Assembly: GCA_963662275.1 (NCBI GenBank)
Contig: OY759316.1
Location: forward strand, 3,232,001-3,296,000
Reading direction: 5' to 3'
DNA from: Candidatus Cloacimonadales bacterium
Lineage (GTDB): Bacteria; Cloacimonadota; Cloacimonadia; Cloacimonadales; DAONDQ01
Length of the DNA: 64,000 nucleotides
Shown here: piece by piece, positions 39,441-50,134 of the stretch
How positions within the stretch are numbered: the stretch's first letter is position 1
Layout of the letters: every line of letters begins with the position of its first letter
The notes under the pieces: generated by a model
Told to the model about the DNA's origin: nothing
Database searches by the model: none
The model's input: only the letters and a program-made list of their open reading frames with translations
Translations under genes and position numbers: made by a program

Positions 39441-41888
39441 CTATCTCACCAGCATCATTTTCTTCATATCTGTATAGTCTTTCGTTACCATACGATAGAA
39501 GTAAATTCCGCTAGCTACGGCTTTACCATTGGCATCCGTGCCATCCCAATTGGCTGTATAGGAACCGGCTGCCTTATTATTATCTATATAACTCCGAATA
39601 AGCTGACCTTTTACGTTATAGATATCAATCCTGACATCCTGCGCATCTTTCAAATCATACCGAAGAGATGTGCTTTCCTTGAATGGATTGGGATATGCAT
39701 TCAAGAGACATGTGAAGGCAGGAATAACCGAAGGAGTATCAGGATTAGAGCCGGCAGATGCCATCAGTGGACCGAAGTATTCGGTGGAACCACTCTGGGA
39801 GACGCTTTCCAGCCAGAAGTAATAAGGACTGTCCATCGCTTCATCCTGGTAAGCGAAGTTATAGGTGGTTTGCGTACCTGCACTGACACCATTGGATATG
39901 AGTGAAGTATTCAATTTTGTGGCAGAGCTTAAGTTGTTCATAGCTGAGCGCAGGACGTTAAAGCCCATGTGATTCGTTTCAGATTGGGTGATCCACTGCA
40001 GGCTGACATAATAGGATGAAGTTACCGCTGCTGTGAAGGAAGACAGTTCTACAGGCAACTCTACCTCTGCCCTATTATTGAAGACAACTTCAAAATCACC
40101 ATTCGCTTTGACAGCAGGGACTGTGAATGTGCATTGTGTATTCGTCCAGGTTCCGTCATTCGGATTGAATATTGTTGTAAATCCATTGGGAATGAAGCGA
40201 TAGGAGATTGAGCCGGGAGTAAAGCCCAGATTATGGGTAAAGGTAATAACTGCTCCGGAAAGAGAGCCGGAAGAAACATTGAGAACCAATGAAAGCCCTG
40301 AATTATTCAATAACGGATCAGGAGTTGTCCAGTACAGAGTGGCATTCACGGTCGGATCACCGGTTATATTAGTGATATGCAGATCGGTATCCAGCTCAAG
40401 ACCGGTGGTTGTATCATAGATAGGAGATGGATTCAGATCAACAACACCGCCGTTTGCATCTCCGGAAGAAGTCACTTTATCGTCACCATTCATCGTAATA
40501 CGGAAGTTATCGATATAAACATCTACTGTAGTTTCGAAGAAGTACATAAAGATATAATTATCAGATACAGATGGTGTAAAAACATATCTGCTAAGTGCGT
40601 AATCTGTATTGGTGACCATCGTGTGAAAACCACCACACAAACCTCGATTTCCAGTATCAAAACCATTATATCTAAGAATAAATACCTCGTCTGATGGGGG
40701 CATTGGCTGAGAGACACGGTAATTGTATTTGATTTCATATGTATTTCCTGCTATTAATCGAAACACGGGGCTCAGGATAATATTGTAACTATTATTGTAA
40801 TCTATGTCACCAGCCATCTTCATAGCATAGTTAGCCTCGCCATCGGGACAACGAAGACCCAAATGCATACCTGCTCTGTTGGGACTTTTCTGTGACACAG
40901 TAAAGATATTTTCAAGGGTTTCAGTATCCAAACCTCCTGCTGCTTTCTTTCCAGCAATATAAGATAGATTGTTCCATGTTAAATCCTCTACTTCGAAGTC
41001 TGCAAGATATGGGAAATCAACTATTTCATTTGTGAGTAATAAACCTCGTGTTCTGAATTTATAGACTTGGGAATTGACAGAATGTCCTAAATTATCCTCA
41101 AAATTGACATACCAGTAATAGGTTGTTTCATTTGCCAAAGGTTCTGCAGGAACAAACTGAGCATTAGTCCCATGATAGAGTAAACTGTAATTCAAGCTAT
41201 CTGTGCTGATATACACTGAAGAAGTGTATGACAAATTATAAAGATACCAGGAGAATTGTGTATCTATCTGAACATCTGTAGCGTTATTGCTCGGTGTAAT
41301 ATATAGTAACGGCGGACCTGCAGTGATACGGAAATTATCAAAATTTAAACTCGCTTGCTCAGTGCCACTCGCTACTCCTCCATAGTAGAAATATTTGGAT
41401 GAGCCACCCAAGAAACCAAGATTAATTGTACTCTCACTCCATCGATTTCCATTCCACTCACCATCAACTGCCAGATTCAATGTTTCGAGTTCCTGAGCCG
41501 TATAATAACCTGAGTTATCAGTACCCATCAATACTCGCAACCAAGTAGCATCATGGGTAAAATATGCATATCCGGAATAAGTAACTCGATAGAATTCTGA
41601 TCCTGCGGGGAAATCAACTCTTGGACTCGTCAGGTATGCAGTGTGATTTGCTGCTAAATTTACCCAGTTATTACCATCTGCAGCACCTGGTACAGAAGGA
41701 TTTGTTTGTTCAACAGAACCAAGTGAAAAAACATTACCAGATGGGGCAGTCCATCCAGCTGGTGGGAATGTTGGACCTTCGAAGCTTTCCTGATAAGGGA
41801 AGGTATTGACTACCGGTTCGACAGCAAAAAGCTGACTTAGGATGCCACAGGTAAAAATCAAAATGATTAGAAAGATAATCTGTTTCAT
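39441..41888 (-). CDS. Secreted multidomain (adhesin/MAM-like) protein with CTD, paralog B
   Basis: AAGGAG plus MKQIIF signal peptide; 'FPYQESFE..FPPAGW', 'DNFRI', 'LPVELSSFTA', CTD. Confidence 0.85.
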   Translation of the reverse strand: MKQIIFLIILIFTCGILSQLFAVEPVVNTFPYQESFEGPTFPPAGWTAPSGNVFSLGSVEQTNPSVPGAADGNNWVNLAANHTAYLTSPRVDFPAGSEFYRVTYSGYAYFTHDATWLRVLMGTDNSGYYTAQELETLNLAVDGEWNGNRWSESTINLGFLGGSSKYFYYGGVASGTEQASLNFDNFRITAGPPLLYITPSNNATDVQIDTQFSWYLYNLSYTSSVYISTDSLNYSLLYHGTNAQFVPAEPLANETTYYWYVNFEDNLGHSVNSQVYKFRTRGLLLTNEIVDFPYLADFEVEDLTWNNLSYIAGKKAAGGLDTETLENIFTVSQKSPNRAGMHLGLRCPDGEANYAMKMAGDIDYNNSYNIILSPVFRLIAGNTYEIKYNYRVSQPMPPSDEVFILRYNGFDTGNRGLCGGFHTMVTNTDYALSRYVFTPSVSDNYIFMYFFETTVDVYIDNFRITMNGDDKVTSSGDANGGVVDLNPSPIYDTTTGLELDTDLHITNITGDPTVNATLYWTTPDPLLNNSGLSLVLNVSSGSLSGAVITFTHNLGFTPGSISYRFIPNGFTTIFNPNDGTWTNTQCTFTVPAVKANGDFEVVFNNRAEVELPVELSSFTAAVTSSYYVSLQWITQSETNHMGFNVLRSAMNNLSSATKLNTSLISNGVSAGTQTTYNFAYQDEAMDSPYYFWLESVSQSGSTEYFGPLMASAGSNPDTPSVIPAFTCLLNAYPNPFKESTSLRYDLKDAQDVRIDIYNVKGQLIRSYIDNNKAAGSYTANWDGTDANGKAVASGIYFYRMVTKDYTDMKKMMLVR

Positions 41889-42068
41889 TTGTTTACTCCT
41901 TTTTTTGATATTCATTTTAATCTAGAGAAAAGAAGACCAGAACTAGCTCTCCCCTAAAATGTTCAACCCCCCTTAATCCCCCCTCGGGGAGGGGGGTAAA
42001 TGGGAGGGGAATCAGACAAGTCTTCTCTGCTCTGCAATTCTTAATTTTTAATTTTTAATTCTTAATTC

Positions 42069-44504
42069 CTATCTCACCAGCATCATCTTCTTCATATCAG
42101 TATAATCTTTAGTTACCATACGATAGAAGTAGATTCCACTGGCTAAGGCTTTGCCATTAGTATCTGTCCCGTCCCAGGTGGCTGTATAGGTACCGGCTGC
42201 CTTATTATTATCTATATAACTCCGAATAAGCTGACCTTTGACATTATAAATATCGATCCTGACATTCTGCGCATCCTTCAAATCGTAACGAAGAGATGTG
42301 CTTTCCTTGAAAGGATTGGGATATGCATTCAAGAGACATGTGAAGGCAGGAATAACAGAAGGTGTATCTGGATTTGAGCCGGCTGATGCCATCAGTGGAC
42401 CGAAGTATTCGGTGGAACCACTCTGGGATACACTTTCCAGCCAGAAGTAATAAGGACTGTCCATCGCTTCATCCTGGTAAGCAAAGTTATAGGTGGTTTG
42501 CGTACCTGCACTGACTCCATTGGAAATGAGTGATGTATTCAATTTTGTGGCTGAGCTTAAGTTGTTCATGGCTGAGCGCAGAACATTAAAACCCATATGA
42601 TTAGTTTCAGACTGCGTTACCCACTGCAGGCTGACATAATAGGATGAAGTTACCGCTGCTGTGAAGGAAGACAGTTCTACAGGCAACTCTACCTCTGCCC
42701 TATTATTGAAGACAACTTCAAAATCACCATTCGCTTTGACAGCAGGGACTGTGAATGTGCATTGTGTATTCGTCCAGGTTCCGTCATTCGGATTGAATAT
42801 TGTTGTAAATCCATTGGGAATGAAACGATAGGAGATTGAACCGGGTGTAAAGCCCAGGTTATGGGTAAAGGTGATGATCGCTCCTGAAAGAGAACCGGCA
42901 GAGACATTGAGTACCAATGAAAGCCCGGAGTTGTTCAATAACGGATCAGGAGTTGTCCAGTAAAGAGTGGCATTCACTGTCGGATCACCTGTAATATTGG
43001 TGATTTGCAGTTCGGTATCCAGCTCAAGACCGGTGGTTGAATCATAGATTGGAGCCGGATTCAGATCAACAACGCCACCGTTTGCATCTCCGGAAGCTGT
43101 CACTTTATCTTCACCATTCATCGAAATACGGAAGTTATCAATGTAAATATCAACAGATGAATAGTAATAAAAGAAAAAGAGATAATCATCCGTTCTAGTT
43201 GGAGTAATGATCACTCTCGAAAGTGCATAATCCGTATTCGTGATCATAAAATATGTATTCATCATCTCTTCGGTACTTCCAGGGGCTTGATAGAAAGCAA
43301 ATAAACCCCCACCCTCATTTCCCATAGGTTGGGAAACACGATAATTGAACTTAACTTCATACGTTGTACCTGCAACCAAGCGAACAAATGGAGAAAAGAG
43401 AATACCCAATACACCATTCTGCGCGGATGGCATCTTCATTGCATAATTAACTCCACCATCAAGACAACGTTCAGCATATTGCACCTGTTCTCTCGTTGAG
43501 CCCTTCTTAATACCGAATATTTTTTTTCCCAGAGCATCCATATCCTGAGCTTCTGGTATACTTTTCCCAACATTTAAGTTCGCTGTATTATTCCATGATA
43601 AGTCATCTACCTGGAAGTCATCCAAGTAAGGAAAGTCAACTATTTCGCCCGGCATGGGTGTGTTTCCTCTTGTTGTGAAAGAACATACAGGGGTATTGAC
43701 TGAGTGTCCCAAATTATCTTGAATCTGGACATACCAGTAATAGGTTGTTTCAATATTGAGAGGATTGTCAGGGGTATTCTGATTGCTTGTTCCAGTATAG
43801 AGTAAATTGTAATTCAAGCTATCAGTGCTTATATAGACTGAATAAGTATATGCCGAATTGGAAATGCCCCACCAAAATGCTGTAGTTGGACGAATATCAA
43901 CAGCATGATTAGCAGGTGTAACTTCGAGAACAGGAGGTCCGGCAGTTATCCGGAAATCATCAAAATTCAAATCTGCACCCCAAGCTTGACCACCTATAAA
44001 GAAATACTTTGCAGAACCATCCATAAAACCTAGATGATCTGTAAGCGTTCTCCAGCGACTTCCATTCCATTCAGCATCATTCCCCATATTCCATACATCA
44101 ACTTGCTCACTCGAATTAGGATTAGTATCAGATCCCATCCTTACTCTAAATATCATAGAGGAAGGTGAAAAACAATATCCAGAAATACTTAACTGATAGA
44201 ATTCAGATCCGGAAGGAAACTCAAATTTAGGACTGGTAATCAATCCATCGTTTCCAGCTGCCATATTTACCCAGTTATTGCCATCTATAGCACCTGGTAC
44301 GACAGGATTTGTTTGTTCAGCAGAGTTAAGTGAAAAAATGCCTGGAGCAAACATCGGGTTTACTGACCATCCCGCTGGCGGGAAGGTGCTGCCTTCAAAG
44401 CTTTCCTGATAAGGGAAAGTATTGATGGCAACTGCTTCAGCAAAAAGCTGGCTAAGGATGCAACAGGTGAAAGCTAAGATGACAAGAATGAGTATTTTTT
44501 TCAT
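42069..44504 (-). CDS. Secreted multidomain (adhesin/MAM-like) protein with CTD, paralog A
   Basis: Same architecture as 39441..41888; C-terminal roughly 340 aa nearly identical. Confidence 0.88.
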   Translation of the reverse strand: MKKILILVILAFTCCILSQLFAEAVAINTFPYQESFEGSTFPPAGWSVNPMFAPGIFSLNSAEQTNPVVPGAIDGNNWVNMAAGNDGLITSPKFEFPSGSEFYQLSISGYCFSPSSMIFRVRMGSDTNPNSSEQVDVWNMGNDAEWNGSRWRTLTDHLGFMDGSAKYFFIGGQAWGADLNFDDFRITAGPPVLEVTPANHAVDIRPTTAFWWGISNSAYTYSVYISTDSLNYNLLYTGTSNQNTPDNPLNIETTYYWYVQIQDNLGHSVNTPVCSFTTRGNTPMPGEIVDFPYLDDFQVDDLSWNNTANLNVGKSIPEAQDMDALGKKIFGIKKGSTREQVQYAERCLDGGVNYAMKMPSAQNGVLGILFSPFVRLVAGTTYEVKFNYRVSQPMGNEGGGLFAFYQAPGSTEEMMNTYFMITNTDYALSRVIITPTRTDDYLFFFYYYSSVDIYIDNFRISMNGEDKVTASGDANGGVVDLNPAPIYDSTTGLELDTELQITNITGDPTVNATLYWTTPDPLLNNSGLSLVLNVSAGSLSGAIITFTHNLGFTPGSISYRFIPNGFTTIFNPNDGTWTNTQCTFTVPAVKANGDFEVVFNNRAEVELPVELSSFTAAVTSSYYVSLQWVTQSETNHMGFNVLRSAMNNLSSATKLNTSLISNGVSAGTQTTYNFAYQDEAMDSPYYFWLESVSQSGSTEYFGPLMASAGSNPDTPSVIPAFTCLLNAYPNPFKESTSLRYDLKDAQNVRIDIYNVKGQLIRSYIDNNKAAGTYTATWDGTDTNGKALASGIYFYRMVTKDYTDMKKMMLVR

Positions 44505-44724
44505 GTTTTACTCCTTGTTTTGATTTTGATTATTCTTATTAAAACTTACTAATGATTCATAATCATGGAATTTATATGCCAAATAAATATTTATCAGTTT
44601 ATTGCGTAAGCCATTGCAGTTGTTAACTATAGAGTGGTTTGTCAAAATCGTGTTTTCCTGATTCTTTCAAAACATACTGAAATTCAGTGAAAGTGAAATT
44701 TCAGATGAAATTATTTGAGATAAA

Positions 44725-44829
44725 AAAACGGGCTAGTCGTTGTGAGTAGCCCATTAGTATTATTTTTCTTTTGGCACAGGGTTCAGAACGCACGGGGTGC
44801 GTTCTGCCACCTCACGGGGTGAGGCGTTC
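44725..44829. repeat. Composite repeat, right copy
   Basis: See 39283-39390. Confidence 0.85.
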
Positions 44830-44862
44830 CTCCCATTCTGCAATGCATTTGTTAATTCTCTT

Positions 44863-45360
44863 TCACCTTCCAACGGCAAGAGAGAGGGCAGTAGCCAGTT
44901 TCACCACGTTTTTATCAGTATTATCCAATCTACCGGACATCACAGTGGCAATATTCTTCATCACTAAAAAAGCCGTTTCCAAGTCATGTATCGCAATTTT
45001 ATCAAAGTCCTGCTTCGTCAGTTGCAGCATTTTGCACTTAGTAAGAGCTTGTACGTTAGCATTACGTGTACCATTTCCGACAAGACCGTTTTCACCGAAG
45101 AAAGGTAATATATCCGCTTTCAGAGTCGCTAATTTCTTATCTTCACTGCTATAGCCTTCAAAATCCATAATGAGTTTTTTAGTCACTTTCACAGTTCCTT
45201 CATAAAGAATGTATAGTGTATCTCCTGTTGTGTTCTCATGAACGATATAATCATTCTCGGCAAAAGAGATTTCCTTTAAAAAACCTGTGACCAGGATAAG
45301 CTGTTTTTCATTCAGTCCCTTAAACAATTGAACCTGGCTTAATTTGGATATATCATGCAT
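44863..45360 (-). CDS. Stand-alone cyclic-nucleotide-binding domain protein
   Basis: 'LFKGL', 'GDTLYILYEGTVKV', 'FFGENGLV..RNANVQA'; no HTH; ATG at 45360 is the likely start. Confidence 0.88.
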   Translation of the reverse strand: MHDISKLSQVQLFKGLNEKQLILVTGFLKEISFAENDYIVHENTTGDTLYILYEGTVKVTKKLIMDFEGYSSEDKKLATLKADILPFFGENGLVGNGTRNANVQALTKCKMLQLTKQDFDKIAIHDLETAFLVMKNIATVMSGRLDNTDKNVVKLATALSLAVGR

Positions 45361-45377
45361 CCTGAATTCCTTTTTTT

Positions 45378-46547
45378 TTAACAAATGATCAGAGCTTTAT
45401 CATTGGGGCGAATTATATAATCCTTCGGAGGATTAATCTGAATATTGCTTCTCATTTCAGGGGATAAGGAGTTAGATTTCTCCAGTGATAGCCGAATAAA
45501 ACTATCGATTCCTGATTCATCATCAGAAAAAATATCCTGTAATCCCAGTTTGGGCTGTTCCGTAAAGATTCCTATCATCAGTGATCCCTGGTGTTGATAC
45601 ATATATTCGAATAACTCAGCATAGGTTCTTTCGAAAAACATGGAAGGTATGACAACAGTCCTAATCATATTGTCTTTATTGCGAAGAAGGTTTTCAAAGA
45701 AATTCAGTGAATTTTTATCTAAAGCATTATTCGCTAATAGATAACCACCCATTTCTTCATAAATGAGAATATTTTCAATACCAAGCCTGAGCAGCAGATT
45801 CTTATTCGAACCGTTCATCAGTTGAACCGTCATGCGTTGATGTTCTCCTGCCAGGTAATGAACAGCATTCGCAACAATAACTACTCGGTCATCAGCTACT
45901 TGTTCATCCGCTTGTGTATCAGCAAGAATAAAAATATGATCAGCAGTCATCACATTGGCTCGGCGTAATACTTCTTCCTGGGTAGTTTCACCTCGAACGA
46001 ATTTGAGATTAATCTCCGGATATTTAGATTGCAGTGATTCATAAAAATCAACTGAATAATTACCAACCAGAACGACCGAAGTATCTTTTTTCAGACGATC
46101 TGATAACGCCTTCAGCATATTTCCGGCAACATTATTCCAACCGCAAATAACAATATGATGATTTTCAGTTATGTTCTTCAATCCTTTGGCTCCTTTCATG
46201 CGATCTTCCACAAAAACGGAAGCGATCAAACCGGCAAAAATCGGCATCACGCTCAATTCACAGAGTATTAAAATAATTGCTATCACACGACCAGCAGTTG
46301 TCGCTGGTGTCTTATCCCCATACCCCACAGTTCCGAAGGTGACAACCGCCCAATAAATTCCTTCAAATACAGAATGGATGATAGAACCACCCTCTCCATG
46401 ATGTTCAATAAAATATAAGGATACAGCAGAACTGATGATCAGTAGAAAAATAACGGAGATAAGAATGAACAATAAACGAATGAACCAGCGATATTCACTA
46501 TAACCGGTACTCCATATACTAATTAGATTCTTTAAGTTACTAAACAT
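45378..46547 (-). CDS. Two-TM potassium channel with RCK/TrkA-N domain
   Basis: Selectivity filter 'TVGYGD'; 'HIVICGWN' Rossmann-like RCK. Confidence 0.92.
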   Translation of the reverse strand: MFSNLKNLISIWSTGYSEYRWFIRLLFILISVIFLLIISSAVSLYFIEHHGEGGSIIHSVFEGIYWAVVTFGTVGYGDKTPATTAGRVIAIILILCELSVMPIFAGLIASVFVEDRMKGAKGLKNITENHHIVICGWNNVAGNMLKALSDRLKKDTSVVLVGNYSVDFYESLQSKYPEINLKFVRGETTQEEVLRRANVMTADHIFILADTQADEQVADDRVVIVANAVHYLAGEHQRMTVQLMNGSNKNLLLRLGIENILIYEEMGGYLLANNALDKNSLNFFENLLRNKDNMIRTVVIPSMFFERTYAELFEYMYQHQGSLMIGIFTEQPKLGLQDIFSDDESGIDSFIRLSLEKSNSLSPEMRSNIQINPPKDYIIRPNDKALIIC

Positions 46548-46997
46548 TCGTTATTTAAACCTTCTGCTGTTTCTTTTAAAAGTGATTGGATATAAATTAA
46601 CTCCACCATTTAAGAAGTCAATGATTCATCGAGTGTGATAAGTAATAACTAATTTTATTTGTCAATGTACATTGTCTAAGATACTTGGTCAAGGTTTTTT
46701 GTAGATCAACTTTGGTAGCTACTGCTTCAGAAGTGGTAGAAACTCCTTCAGGGGATTTCCATACAGCCTAAAAGTGTAACCACCGATGGTTTTAACATAA
46801 TTTGGTAAATTGTTGTATTCGATAATGGTATTGTCGAATTCTTCCTGCATCAAACAGAAGCTTTGCATATCAGACAGCAAATACCTATAGGATGCTGATG
46901 CATATATCTGGATTGTTGTATGGGTTCTGGGGCAGGGGATGAAGACTTGAAAGAAATTAAGAATGAAGAACATATAAACCACTTTGAAAACAAGGAA

Positions 46998-47100
46998 AAA
47001 AGTACCTCAACATAACCACAATACAACCAAAACACGACCGCCCATAGGAGCGGTTGTCCTGCGGTAGTGTAGCGGTGGTACTGCGGTGCTGCAGCGGTTG
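46998..47100. repeat. Degenerate 11-bp-period array, inverted about a centre (ACC.. units, then GCGGT.. units)
   Basis: gcggttgtcct gcggtagtgta gcggtggtact gcggtgctgca gcggtt preceded by acctcaacata accacaataca accaaaacacg accgc. Confidence 0.7.
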
Positions 47101-47375
47101 TTTTTAATGAGGCATTTCGACTCCGCTCAATGACCATCAATTCACTCGGAGAACTTAGCTTTCATCCTCGGTAGCGAAAACCTGTTTTCAGGGAAGTTCA
47201 AATTCGATATTTTCACAAGTATAACAAGAACGGAGACTTGCTCTACAGAGTATTGGAGAAAGAAGGCAGTAGTTAATAGGGTGTAGGAAGTAGAAAAGTA
47301 CACTATCAAAGCAGATTAAGAGAGGCGAAAAGAATTCGCCTCGCACGCCGATAAGAAATCGGCGTTCCTTCCTAC

Positions 47376-47421
47376 AAAAAAAACGGATGATCAGGAATCT
47401 TGTTCCTGTACCATCCGTTTT
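47376..47421 (-). terminator. Long-stem intrinsic terminator
   Basis: AAAACGGAUGGUACAGGAA-CAAGA-UUCCUGAUCAUCCGUUUUUUUU on the minus strand. Confidence 0.8.
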
Positions 47422-47531
47422 CTCAACGTAAGAGGGGTCTAAAACCCTCGCACTATATCATCACCGCATCTCAGCGGAATTACAAACATAATATTCCATT
47501 AAGAGTGAAAAGCAAATAATTTCTGAATTCT

Positions 47532-48299
47532 CTAAGGATTAATTCGTACTGAGCTGGAAGCAGGGATCCAACCGCCTAAGCCATTCGGTAATTTGACTTG
47601 GCTCCAGGAATCTTCTTCCTTCTCAATCGAGAATATCATTCCTTCATGAATAGTGAAAACGCGAGTGAAATCACTGCCAGGTCCGCTATATCCAACTTCC
47701 GAAGGAATCACCAGTACCGCTGTTTTGTGGCTTGCATACTGATGATATTTCACAATTCCAATAATTGTGCTGAAAAGCAGGAAAGAAAGGAAAATGATCA
47801 GGATAAATACCGGCAGGTATCTTTCTTCACCAGAATGCCAAAACCAAATATAGTAGAGTGTACCAATGCTCATGATCAGGAAAAGGAGAACCATGATGGC
47901 AATCCGGTTCAGTGTGAGAATATTCATAAGATTAACGATCACATTTCCAATAAAACCACCCTGCGCCTGGTATTGCTGGTCACGTGTGAGAGAGAGGGCG
48001 AGCTGCAGGTTTCGCTGTGCTGAAGTATGAGCAGAATTGAACCGCAATGCCCTTTTGTAGTATAGTATGGAGGCTCCCAATTTCTGCAAACGATAATAGC
48101 AGTTACCCATATTGTAATAGAGGTCTGCATTTTGGATGCCTTGAGCTTCCATTTTACCGTAGAAAGTCAGAGCTTCAGAGAATTGTTTCTTTGTATAGGC
48201 AGCATTTGCCTGCTGAGCCAAGTTATTTTTGGTGGCACTGAAGAGCTGCAGAGATAGAATCAAGAGAAGAATGAGTAGAGATATCTTCCTCATAACCAA
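47532..48299 (-). CDS. batE: BatE-like TPR/TM/SH3 protein
   Basis: TPR 'LYYNMGNCYY', two TMs, SH3b-like 'IHEG...GWIP'. Confidence 0.85.
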   Translation of the reverse strand: MVMRKISLLILLLILSLQLFSATKNNLAQQANAAYTKKQFSEALTFYGKMEAQGIQNADLYYNMGNCYYRLQKLGASILYYKRALRFNSAHTSAQRNLQLALSLTRDQQYQAQGGFIGNVIVNLMNILTLNRIAIMVLLFLIMSIGTLYYIWFWHSGEERYLPVFILIIFLSFLLFSTIIGIVKYHQYASHKTAVLVIPSEVGYSGPGSDFTRVFTIHEGMIFSIEKEEDSWSQVKLPNGLGGWIPASSSVRINP

Positions 48300-50125
48300 C
48301 CGCCCTGACGCTTTTTCTTGGAATGACTGAATTCCGTAACGATATTCCGTAAAATTTGAAAGTCTGCTGAAATCTGCTGTTCAGAGAACCCCCCAGGCAT
48401 GAAACGAGCTTCATTGCATCTTGTGAAGAATGTTCCCAAAGCTTCCAACAATTCAGCAGGGCATCCCTTATCCTTCAGATCTGTCATAAGCTCTTCCGTA
48501 GAAGCGCCTTTGGAAATGCGCAGTTTATCACTGATAAATTGAACCAGACCATTCTGTGCTGAAGAATAAAATAAGGGATTGTTCGTATTGGAGTACAAGG
48601 TAGCTTTTTTCAGATACTTAGATAGAATTTTATTAGCAAGTTTCTGGCGTGAATATTCAGGATTCAGGGATAGTTTTTTCTGTTCTTTGCTCATCCTGAA
48701 TGCGAAAGGTAAAGTCATTAGGAACAGAATCAGAAGCAGCCAATACCAGGTTTGATTAAATATGGGTGTCTGAAGACTGAAATTTTTATCATCGCTGATA
48801 AAATCTATATCCTTATTTTCCTGTTTGACTGCAGTCTGTAACAATCCTGCCTGCATGGGATAAGATTCTCCTTCCAATACTTCCAGGTGATGACCGGAAG
48901 ATAGAATCGTTACATAAACGCCTTTGCTGTTATCAAAGTAAGAGAAAGAATATGGAGGAATATCGTAACTTCCCTTTTCCTGGGCAAGAACCAGATACTT
49001 GATTGTTTTGACACCTTCCACGCCGTTCTTCACCTGGTTATTCACTTCCGGTGTCATGAACCTCAGATTCGGAATCTCCGCTAAGGCTGGAACCGTAAAT
49101 TGATTAATATTCCCTGAACCTGAGATTGTTATCGTATATACAAGAGATTCTCCTGCTTTGATTTGCGTTTTATCAATGGATGAACTAATAGAATATCTAC
49201 CAATAGCACCAGTAAAATCAGCCGGGTTACCCTGTTCAGGTAAAGGAAGCACCCTGATTGATTGAGGTTTGCTTTGTAAATTCAAGCGATCTGTCATCCC
49301 AAAGCCAAAGAATCCGCCATTGGTTCTTTGCGCATCTGCAACAACAGTCATCAGGGGAATTGTGATCGTTCCTGTTTTATTGGGGGTAAGGACAACTGTC
49401 TGCAATAATATGGAACCATATGTTTTGCCATTATAGGTTGCATTCTCTAAGCGGAGTTGCGATGCAGTATATACCAATTCCTTGCCGTATCCGGCATAGT
49501 CTTTAATCTCTCCCAGATTCACACCTGTTAATCGTTGCTGAGTATATAAACGGTAATTCACAAGTACGGGTTCACCCTTATAGACTTTAGTTTTGGAAGG
49601 AGTACCCACAATGAATGTTGCATCAGCATAATTTTGCTGCGGTGTGTTATCTTGATCAGGTTCATCAAAGAAAGAGGGAAACCCAAACGGAGATTGCAGC
49701 TGCTGAGCACGAGGCTGCTGCCTTTGGGTCGAACCTTTTACAACCTGTATTTGGATCGGTGCTGACTGGTAGGTTTTTCCCTTAAATGCAATCGAAATCG
49801 ACGGAATGGGAAAAGTTCCTACACGCTTAGGTGAAAGCGAATAACGATAAGTTTTACTGACACTCTGATTCATGACACCATTCACAATAGAAATAGAAGA
49901 TTGGGATGAGGTTGATACTCCCAGATTCACAAATTCCATTTTCGGTAACAGGGGAGCTTGAATCTTATCAGCTTCTTTACCGGAGATTGTAACCATCAAA
50001 GAAAATTCTTCCGACTGTCCGACCGTTGTTCTATCAACACTGGCAGAAATTGAAATTTCCTGTGAACTCAGTAAAGAGAAGAGGAAAAGGAAAAAGCATG
50101 TCAGAAATGCAATTTTATTCATCAC
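48290..50125 (-). CDS. batD: BatD family protein
   Basis: 'SISIVNG', 'FTGAIG', 'ISGSGNI'; position in the operon. Confidence 0.88.
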   Translation of the reverse strand: MMNKIAFLTCFFLFLFSLLSSQEISISASVDRTTVGQSEEFSLMVTISGKEADKIQAPLLPKMEFVNLGVSTSSQSSISIVNGVMNQSVSKTYRYSLSPKRVGTFPIPSISIAFKGKTYQSAPIQIQVVKGSTQRQQPRAQQLQSPFGFPSFFDEPDQDNTPQQNYADATFIVGTPSKTKVYKGEPVLVNYRLYTQQRLTGVNLGEIKDYAGYGKELVYTASQLRLENATYNGKTYGSILLQTVVLTPNKTGTITIPLMTVVADAQRTNGGFFGFGMTDRLNLQSKPQSIRVLPLPEQGNPADFTGAIGRYSISSSIDKTQIKAGESLVYTITISGSGNINQFTVPALAEIPNLRFMTPEVNNQVKNGVEGVKTIKYLVLAQEKGSYDIPPYSFSYFDNSKGVYVTILSSGHHLEVLEGESYPMQAGLLQTAVKQENKDIDFISDDKNFSLQTPIFNQTWYWLLLILFLMTLPFAFRMSKEQKKLSLNPEYSRQKLANKILSKYLKKATLYSNTNNPLFYSSAQNGLVQFISDKLRISKGASTEELMTDLKDKGCPAELLEALGTFFTRCNEARFMPGGFSEQQISADFQILRNIVTEFSHSKKKRQGGWL

Positions 50126-50134
50126 CTATTCCGT

